IMG/VR virus record: IMGVR_UViG_3300032288_004815
Location: 32,001 to 96,000 of that record
Length of the DNA stretch: 64,000 nucleotides
Source of the DNA: a virus
Strand: one strand, 5' to 3'
Below the pieces are notes generated by a model. It worked only from the letters and a program-made list of their open reading frames with translations. It ran no database searches and was not told the origin of the DNA. Shown here piece after piece: positions 58,117-64,000 of this stretch (position 1 is the first letter of the stretch; each line of letters opens with the position of its first letter). Made by a program: the position numbers and the translations under genes.

Positions 58117-59036
58117 GATCGAATTCCCGCCAGTTCAGTAATAGTCGCACTTAAATTAATTTCTGGATCCGCACATTGACTATGCCATACAATGCCTTTA
58201 CGAATAATCATAATAGCTTCATCTCGGCCTTCTTCAGTAGCGGACCATAAATCTAGATTATCATACATCCACCGAAAAATTTCTTCCATTTCTTCAGGCC
58301 TGGCCTGTTCGCACAATAGTTTTCTTGCTTCGCGGATTCGGCGTTGTTTGAACAAGTCTACCATGGTCAATCTGTAATCTGCAGTACTGTTCTGTTCTTC
58401 TCGGGGACTGATCAGTTTGCCAGTATTGCTGTTTTGCTGTACTAGTTTTAAACAATTACGAAGATCTGGGTAAGTGGCTTTGACATAGCTGTCTAGTGTG
58501 TCTAAGTCAAACTCTATATTTTCAGTCATTAACACAGTTGCTACGCGAGCAGTGAACTCTGTTGGATCAGTTTTATTAATTTGTAAATCTACACAACGGC
58601 TTTTGATAGGAGTAATGATTTTGTGTACTAAGTTACAAGTTAAAATAAATCTAGCCTGTGCTTGATAAGTTTCCATGAGTCCACGCAGCAGGCCTTGTGC
58701 GTTTGGACTCAAGTAATCTGCTTCGTCCAGTAGCACTATTTTAAGATGTCCAAATGGCAAAGTACTGACAAATCCTTCAATTTTAGTTTTAAGAAAGTCT
58801 ACACCGTTGTCTCGACTAGCGTTTACTTGTAAAAAGTCAAAGTTGTCTATACCAAGTTGATTTACTAACACCTTGGCCAATGTAGTTTTACCTGTACCCG
58901 CAGGTCCATGTAACAGTAGATGCGGACAAGCGCCTTCTTCGATCCAGCCCTGTACTTGTTCCTTTACTGATTGATCAGTGAACACATATTCATCAACTGT
59001 TTTGGGCCTATACAACTCCGTCCATAACTCTCGCAT
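58113..59036 (-). CDS. Clamp loader AAA+ subunit (RFC small/T4 gp44-like)
   Basis: LWTELYRP, GPAGTGKTT, NAS, LDEAD, SRC, DLR. Confidence 0.93.
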   Translation of the reverse strand: MRELWTELYRPKTVDEYVFTDQSVKEQVQGWIEEGACPHLLLHGPAGTGKTTLAKVLVNQLGIDNFDFLQVNASRDNGVDFLKTKIEGFVSTLPFGHLKIVLLDEADYLSPNAQGLLRGLMETYQAQARFILTCNLVHKIITPIKSRCVDLQINKTDPTEFTARVATVLMTENIEFDLDTLDSYVKATYPDLRNCLKLVQQNSNTGKLISPREEQNSTADYRLTMVDLFKQRRIREARKLLCEQARPEEMEEIFRWMYDNLDLWSATEEGRDEAIMIIRKGIVWHSQCADPEINLSATITELAGIRS

Positions 59037-59706
59037 ACTCTATCCTTTTTTGATTTAATACTAATACTACGTTATATTTTTGATTAATACATTCAGTCAG
59101 TTTTGCTTTATTTTTTCGTTCAAGATTAATGTCAGTACCATTCTTATTCCAAGTCCACGATGATTTAATCTCGTACACTGTATTGTGTATTAAAAAGTCG
59201 CTGATGTAAAGTTTTTTGACATTATCCGTAGGATCGTCAAACCAAACACTTGGCCCGCGAGTGACATTTTTAGTGATCCATTCTAATCCGTATTCTGCTT
59301 CCAATTCTTCAAGAAACTCAAATTCATAAGTGCCTTGATATACTACGCCTGTATTTTTAAATTCGGTAATAGGACATTGAGCATTGTTGTCCCAAGGATT
59401 CTTAGCCCAGTGGTCTCGCATTGTATGCGCCAATTTTTCGTAATGATTATTTTCTTTACGAGTGGCGGCCCCTTTGATTTGCGAAGTTTTCGTGATACCT
59501 TTTTCGATTCGAGTAGCAAGTGATTTAGAAGTTCTTTCTGTATGATCTAACTTAGAAAAAGCCTCACGCTTGCCTTTGCAGGAGTTGTGATGTTTAGAAC
59601 AGCATACTTTTCCGTTCCAGAACTTATATCGTGCGTGTGTCCCGCAACCGTATTCGCAGAGTTCAGTTGTATCGATTTCTTCAGCTTGTGGTTTCTTGTA
59701 GGACAT
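59008..59706 (-). CDS. Putative free-standing homing endonuclease (PD-(D/E)xK-like, Cys-rich N-terminus)
   Basis: CEYGCG...CC...C; GTYEFEF; YISDF...YEIKSSWT. Confidence 0.65.
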   Translation of the reverse strand: MSYKKPQAEEIDTTELCEYGCGTHARYKFWNGKVCCSKHHNSCKGKREAFSKLDHTERTSKSLATRIEKGITKTSQIKGAATRKENNHYEKLAHTMRDHWAKNPWDNNAQCPITEFKNTGVVYQGTYEFEFLEELEAEYGLEWITKNVTRGPSVWFDDPTDNVKKLYISDFLIHNTVYEIKSSWTWNKNGTDINLERKNKAKLTECINQKYNVVLVLNQKRIEYARVMDGVV

Positions 59707-59710
59707 TTTT

Positions 59711-59742
59711 CTCTCCGTATATAGTTATTTATACACAGAGAG
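59711..59742 (-). promoter_or_regulatory. Hairpin containing TATAAATA and sequestering the GGAGAG RBS
   Basis: Minus strand ctctctgtgtata-aataac-tatatacggagag, 13-bp stem with two G-U. Confidence 0.7.
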
Positions 59743-59748
59743 CATTTT

Positions 59749-59940
59749 TCAGTCCATAATTTGTTTCCGAAACAATGGTACGCCATCAGTTAAATGGCGG
59801 ATGTATTCTAGTTCAGGAAAAGTATCAATTGTGCCTTTGTGGCTCTTTACTTCGACTCGAGTTTGATCTACATTTTCAAGTGCATAGAAAAACATTTCTG
59901 TAGCACCCTGTTCAATTTGATTTTTAAAGTGTTCTTTCAT
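59749..59940 (-). CDS. Small hypothetical protein
   Basis: ATGA overlap in tightly packed operon. Confidence 0.6.
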   Translation of the reverse strand: MKEHFKNQIEQGATEMFFYALENVDQTRVEVKSHKGTIDTFPELEYIRHLTDGVPLFRKQIMD

Positions 59941-60125
59941 ATGTTTTTCAATCCAATACGACTATAACCTAATTTGTGTTTTGTTTCTCTTCGAGACTCT
60001 CGAAGTTCTTTATTGTATTCTTCAATGATTAATTTTGCAAATTTTTCGGCATTGTCCACGCTGATCCATTTGCCGCTGGTATCTGTGCCTACTTGTTCTA
60101 TCAGTTTTTTAATTTGTTCGTTCAT
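59937..60125 (-). CDS. Small hypothetical protein
   Basis: TAATG overlap in operon. Confidence 0.65.
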   Translation of the reverse strand: MNEQIKKLIEQVGTDTSGKWISVDNAEKFAKLIIEEYNKELRESRRETKHKLGYSRIGLKNI

Positions 60126-60424
60126 TAATATCTACTTCCTGGTTGGCCAGGATCATTGCTATTGGTACAAGCAAAGCTATGATCGGTAGCATGTGGACAG
60201 CGTTTGTTTCCGCACATAGGACAAACAATCATCCTGGTCATTACATACGGAAAGTGAAACCCTGGTTCGGCATAATTCTTGTTGCAATTATAGCAATAAC
60301 AATCTGGTTTTCCTGCAGTTTTACTTTTGCTGCCAAAAATTAAGTCCCAATTGTCGCTGAAAGTTTTTTGATCAACACTGAATGGTCTAGGTGCTGATCC
60401 TTTTCCCCCGGAATTTTCAGTCAT
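60125..60424 (-). CDS. Small Cys-rich (Zn-finger-like) protein
   Basis: CYCYNC, CPMCGNKRCPHATDHSFAC. Confidence 0.7.
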   Translation of the reverse strand: MTENSGGKGSAPRPFSVDQKTFSDNWDLIFGSKSKTAGKPDCYCYNCNKNYAEPGFHFPYVMTRMIVCPMCGNKRCPHATDHSFACTNSNDPGQPGSRY

Positions 60425-60594
60425 TTTATTTCTAGACGACCACTTTTAAGTTCTTCTTTGATTATGTTTTTTATTCTTGTTTTCCATAACAAAGCTTGTT
60501 GTTCTTCATCAAATTCAGGACTTAATGGTATGTTGTGGTCGTTGGGTTCAACCCAAACATAAACATCATCGTATTCGTTGTATATTAGGATCAT
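60421..60594 (-). CDS. Small hypothetical protein (57 aa, not in ORF track)
   Basis: MILIYNEYDDVYVWVEP...; ATGA overlap downstream. Confidence 0.55.
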   Translation of the reverse strand: MILIYNEYDDVYVWVEPNDHNIPLSPEFDEEQQALLWKTRIKNIIKEELKSGRLEIK

Positions 60595-61069
60595 TGTACA
60601 AACTGCTATGTTTTTGTGCTTCTGCTTCGGCCACTCGTTTACGCAAACTACTGCTGCTAAAACTGTGATCGCGCTTATTGTAAACTATATCAATACCTCT
60701 GTCAAGACAAATATTACGCCCTGTAAAATCTTTGTGCTCGTATTCAATGCCCAAAATTCTTACATCAATTGGCAAGGTTAGTAAAATATCTTCCAGATCT
60801 TTTTCAGTCTGATACACTACGATTTCATCAACATATCTAGTGGCATTTAATTGTATTTGCCTTTCGACAATACTTTGTACTGGTGGATTTTTTGTGTCGG
60901 GTCTATCAATAGTAGGATCAGTCTGAAGCCCTGCAATTAAATAATCGCAATGGTTTTTACATTCACTTAACATAGCTACATGCCCAGCATGTAATAAATC
61001 AAATGTGCTAAAAGTTATTCCAATCCGCAGACCTTTGTCTTTAAGTTCTCTTACTTTATTGAATATCAT
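60566..61069 (-). CDS. Glycerol-3-phosphate cytidylyltransferase-like (TagD family)
   Basis: STFDLLHAGH, IVER, YVDEI, RDHSFSSS. Confidence 0.85.
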   Translation of the reverse strand: MIFNKVRELKDKGLRIGITFSTFDLLHAGHVAMLSECKNHCDYLIAGLQTDPTIDRPDTKNPPVQSIVERQIQLNATRYVDEIVVYQTEKDLEDILLTLPIDVRILGIEYEHKDFTGRNICLDRGIDIVYNKRDHSFSSSSLRKRVAEAEAQKHSSLYNDPNIQRIR

Positions 61070-61236
61070 TAAAACATTTCCTCTGCAATGCCTAGTAATT
61101 CGGCTGCTATAAACAATATACCCGCAGCCAGTAAATCACCCTGAATAAGCCTCCAAGCGGCAATAATTCTAATGCCACTTTTTATTAAACTGATTCTAAA
61201 ATGCCATTTACTAGGATCTTTTGGTTGAATTTCCAC
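61069..61236 (-). CDS. Small membrane protein (55 aa, not in ORF track)
   Basis: AAGGAG RBS, GTG start, hydrophobic C-half ...AAELLGIAEEMF; TAATG overlap. Confidence 0.65.
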   Translation of the reverse strand: MEIQPKDPSKWHFRISLIKSGIRIIAAWRLIQGDLLAAGILFIAAELLGIAEEMF

Positions 61237-61364
61237 TGATCCACTCCTTTAAAGTACGAAATAAATTTAAAAATCTAAACGAGTGTGAATTTATTATAGG
61301 TGGATGATGCGGACAACGACCTTGATTATAATCACAGGTTACACTATAATCTTTATTACAAACA

Positions 61365-61577
61365 TTACACCGCATTGATAAGATCCTTAAGTTTTAAAAA
61401 TTCTTGTTGTGTTAAAAATAACTGATATTTGGTTTGTTCTGCAGCAGGTTCTTTGGCATTACTAAAAGTAGTGCTAAACTTTAAAGCATAACAACCTCGG
61501 TGGCTTTCAATTGACAGTTTTTTAATTTCAAGAAAAGTGCAGAAACTATCTTGATTAATTATTGCTTGTTTTGTCAT
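61365..61577 (-). CDS. Small hypothetical protein
   Basis: ORF in operon orientation. Confidence 0.6.
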   Translation of the reverse strand: MTKQAIINQDSFCTFLEIKKLSIESHRGCYALKFSTTFSNAKEPAAEQTKYQLFLTQQEFLKLKDLINAV

Positions 61578-61809
61578 TTAATATTTTCCAAGTTTTTTTC
61601 TTTTCTAACTCATTTATAAAGTTAGATTCGGTATCGCCAAAGGTATATGATTTTGATATTAGTTCATGTAATAAGAATTCAATTTCTAATAGATCTTTTT
61701 TTATGGCCCAGGCTGAAAAACCGTCATTCAATGGGTTATTTAATTCCCCCGACATTCTCATCAACTGCCGTTCTATATCGGCCTTGTCCCATGAAATTTT
61801 AAAACCCAT
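61555..61809 (-). CDS. Small hypothetical protein
   Basis: ORF in operon orientation. Confidence 0.65.
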   Translation of the reverse strand: MGFKISWDKADIERQLMRMSGELNNPLNDGFSAWAIKKDLLEIEFLLHELISKSYTFGDTESNFINELEKKKTWKILNDKTSNN

Positions 61810-61819
61810 TTGATATCTA

Positions 61820-62005
61820 TTATTTGTCTAAGTCAGATTTCTTTTTTAAAATCCACGATCCTAGAGAGTCTTGACTCCATGCTATAGTGTCGCCTGCTGC
61901 CCACCCTGCTGCAATTAACAAATCCATAGGAAAAGTAAACAACAGTTCACCTGGCGTTTCTGGATCTTCTTCAAGTTGAACCGTCCAGATTTTTTTATTC
62001 TCCAT
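61820..62005 (-). CDS. AbrB/MazE-like small protein; start moved to ATG 62005
   Basis: ELLFTFPMDLLIAAGWAAGDTIAW swapped-hairpin pattern. Confidence 0.55.
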   Translation of the reverse strand: MENKKIWTVQLEEDPETPGELLFTFPMDLLIAAGWAAGDTIAWSQDSLGSWILKKKSDLDK

Positions 62006-62417
62006 AGTATTCTCTTGATCGTCTTTCGGCATGAAGTGCTGTACTAATAGTATCAATTGAATTAGGTTCTTCGTCGGAAACCATCATAATCGCCGCAGCG
62101 TCTATTCTACGCACAGTGAATTGTTTACCTTCTATTTCAACTTCAATACCTCTAGTCCAACGACCGTGTTCTACTAGAATCCACTGGCCAGGTTTTACAT
62201 CTTGTTGAGTAGGGCCAACTGCGTACACGCGACACCAACGAGGTCTAATACCGTCAGTTTTTCCGTCATCGCCCATTAAGATAATACCACTGGTCAGTGT
62301 TCTTTGGCCAAAATTCATGTCTGTGGCTAGAACATGGTCGTTTAATGGAATTAATTTCTTTACTTTGTTAGCAAATTTGTAGCCTATTTTTTGATCATAA
62401 GGATTTTCGATTGGCAT
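61995..62417 (-). CDS. groES: GroES-like co-chaperonin
   Basis: LIPLNDHVL, TLTSGIIL mobile loop, VYAVGP, VKPGQWIL, GIEVEIEG. Confidence 0.8.
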   Translation of the reverse strand: MPIENPYDQKIGYKFANKVKKLIPLNDHVLATDMNFGQRTLTSGIILMGDDGKTDGIRPRWCRVYAVGPTQQDVKPGQWILVEHGRWTRGIEVEIEGKQFTVRRIDAAAIMMVSDEEPNSIDTISTALHAERRSREYYGE

Positions 62418-62641
62418 TATTTTCCTCGTCGTAATTGATTTAAGTTAACTGGTGGCCTGTGTTGATATTGTTCATGCATTCTTTGGTTGCGACCTTTGAC
62501 CACTGATCCATCTGCGGCCACAATATCACCACGAGCGTTGGCATTCATGTTGCCTACAGCTTTTGTATTTTCGTGCATTAATCTCAATTGATCTAAATTA
62601 ACAGTTTTTCCAAATGCTGTTCTATATATTCCGTTTGGCAT
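62417..62641 (-). CDS. Small hypothetical protein
   Basis: AAGGA RBS; TAAATA upstream at 62660-62665. Confidence 0.7.
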   Translation of the reverse strand: MPNGIYRTAFGKTVNLDQLRLMHENTKAVGNMNANARGDIVAADGSVVKGRNQRMHEQYQHRPPVNLNQLRRGK

Positions 62642-62658
62642 GTTATTATCCTTTACAC

Positions 62659-63174
62659 TTATTTAAGGAATTCTTCGATGTCTAACTGATAATATATTGA
62701 ATCAATTTTGTGTACACCAATTAAGTACAAAACATAACTGGCCACACTTGATCCTCGACCAACACCCCATACTATATTATTCTTTCTCATGTTGTCTACT
62801 AGATATTTCATAAACTTTAGTAGATCAAATAAGTTACGATCCTGATACATAATTAATTCTTGACCAACTCGCTGTAGTTGTTCTTCTGTTGTGCATTGAT
62901 CCAACAACCACGCTGCAATGTCAAATTTTTTATATTCATCAGGCATGATCCATTGAGTTTGATGTTGATGATCGAAATCTTCAATGTTTGCATAGTCTAC
63001 TGGATGATATTCAGTTAGTTTGTCTAATTCTGCATGTAAAGTTTTAACAGCACTGTTATACAACGAAGGGTCTTGTACTCGAAATCTAGTCAAGTCTAGA
63101 TTTGGATTTGTGTATAACAAATCGAATAAGTCATGCTCATCGACAATTAATTCGCCGTAATTGTTATATTTCAC
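62659..63174 (-). CDS. Stand-alone fragment of DNA polymerase III alpha (DnaE) palm region
   Basis: VWGVGRGSSVASYVLYLIGVHKIDSIYYQLDIEEFL matches the DnaE GRGS block; 171 aa only. Confidence 0.75.
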   Translation of the reverse strand: MKYNNYGELIVDEHDLFDLLYTNPNLDLTRFRVQDPSLYNSAVKTLHAELDKLTEYHPVDYANIEDFDHQHQTQWIMPDEYKKFDIAAWLLDQCTTEEQLQRVGQELIMYQDRNLFDLLKFMKYLVDNMRKNNIVWGVGRGSSVASYVLYLIGVHKIDSIYYQLDIEEFLK

Positions 63175-63407
63175 TTTATATCGATTATTTTATCAAACTT
63201 GTCGTTTTTCTTGAGAATTTCTTCTAATTCTTTTTGCCGTCTGCGATTAATTTCTTGAGTGTAATCATCTAGGATCATTTGCAGTTGATTTATCAGTGAG
63301 CCGTTATTCATTCTGTAAGCAGCATTCAATTTTGTCATAAGTTCGCTGTGTTTTTTAGTTAACTCAGCATCACTGGTCTGAGACAAATCCGGAGTAAATG
63401 GATGCAT
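63171..63407 (-). CDS. Small helical hypothetical protein
   Basis: GTGA overlap with downstream gene. Confidence 0.7.
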   Translation of the reverse strand: MHPFTPDLSQTSDAELTKKHSELMTKLNAAYRMNNGSLINQLQMILDDYTQEINRRRQKELEEILKKNDKFDKIIDIK

Positions 63408-63529
63408 TATGCTCGATCCTTTTGTTCTGTGCCTAACAATTTTTCCAACATTTCTCTTGCAGCAAAAATTTTACCACAAGCCATTAATTGCAAAACTTTT
63501 GTTAGTTCTCGGTAAAGCTCGTCACTCAT
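63407..63529 (-). CDS. Small hypothetical protein (40 aa, not in ORF track)
   Basis: MSDELYRELTKVLQLMACG...; TAATG overlap. Confidence 0.45.
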   Translation of the reverse strand: MSDELYRELTKVLQLMACGKIFAAREMLEKLLGTEQKDRA

Positions 63530-63544
63530 AACAGTATAGAGCAA

Positions 63545-63573
63545 ATTATACAGAATTAATTTCAAATAATCAA
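63545..63573 (-). promoter_or_regulatory. Sigma70-like promoter TTGATT-17-TATAAT
   Basis: Minus-strand hexamers with 17-bp spacer at head of leftward operon. Confidence 0.5.
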
Positions 63574-63580
63574 ATTAATT

Positions 63581-64000
63581 TTAACCAACTCTGTACCAAG
63601 CATTGGTACTAGATTCGTAAACCCAAGTTGCACCAAAACTTGTATTAGCAGTGGTAAATGCGCCATTTACAGTCTGTGAACCAGACCCGCTTTGAGTCAA
63701 TGCTGTTACTGTATTTGCAAAACCAATTTGGATGGCTTGGCCATTCATTGGTGTTGCTGGCATAATAATTGTATGAGTAGCAATTGTACCAACGCCTGCT
63801 CCTGTTCTCAACAATGCAAATCCGATATTACTGAAAATTTGAGTGCTACCACCATTGACCATTGTGGCATTTTGTACACCATAAGTGGTACCCCCGCACA
63901 TGTCAGTCATGCCAGTAACTGTAAGATTGCCCACATTAGCATTACCACTTACACTTAAAGAAGTTTGAGTGCCTAGTAAAGTAATTCCAGTTTGTACTGC
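63581..64000 (-). CDS. C-terminus of a virion structural/tail-fibre-like protein, 5' end outside window
   Basis: Gly/Thr/Asn-rich, GNLTVTG, ends TWVYESSTNAWYRVG; frame open to window edge. Confidence 0.6.
   Translation of the reverse strand, partial: AVQTGITLLGTQTSLSVSGNANVGNLTVTGMTDMCGGTTYGVQNATMVNGGSTQIFSNIGFALLRTGAGVGTIATHTIIMPATPMNGQAIQIGFANTVTALTQSGSGSQTVNGAFTTANTSFGATWVYESSTNAWYRVG

Noticed and set aside
1-64000. Bacterial chromosome origin suggested by clpA, dnaJ, dps, phoH and Bug
   Set aside because: Lysis cassette, clamp loader, homing endonucleases, T4-type late promoters and dense small hypothetical ORFs point to a phage
1-64000. Stop-codon reassignment as seen in some large phages
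   Set aside because: Under the standard bacterial code ORFs are full length and abut each other; TAA, TGA and at least one TAG serve as stops
1-64000. tRNA or rRNA genes
   Set aside because: No cloverleaf with T-loop and acceptor stem recognised in the few intergenic gaps

Overview
Segment of a large, AT-rich, T4-like/jumbo dsDNA phage genome. The host is probably Gram-negative and plausibly Betaproteobacteria (inferred from spanins and a Bug/TctC protein). Positions 1-53666 form one spacer-less inverted repeat with its axis at 26833/26834: every ORF in 1-26833 recurs with an identical translation at 53667-x. The axis cuts through a gene, so a fold-back chimera or assembly artefact is more likely than a hairpin telomere, and only about 37 kb is unique. 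Unique content: phoH; a methyltransferase, Bug, sulfotransferase-like and 2OG-oxygenase cluster; a GH19 endolysin, spanin and holin cassette; DnaJ and ClpA; glycosyltransferases; Dps; three radical SAM proteins; a clamp loader; two free-standing endonucleases; a TagD-like cytidylyltransferase; GroES; a stand-alone DnaE fragment; and the end of a virion fibre gene. The most interesting signal is the 13.9-24.8 kb cluster of modular proteins. They have T4 internal-protein-like N-termini and are divided into small domains by (Q/E)GVAEG or [ILV]xE junctions, several encoded by a conserved 18-bp DNA repeat. This looks like a shufflable, in-frame cassette system for capsid-packaged, protease-processed polyproteins. 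A second recurrent signal is T4-type late promoters (TAAATA) embedded in hairpins that hide the RBS or ATG. All functional calls come from motif recognition by eye; no database searches were run.
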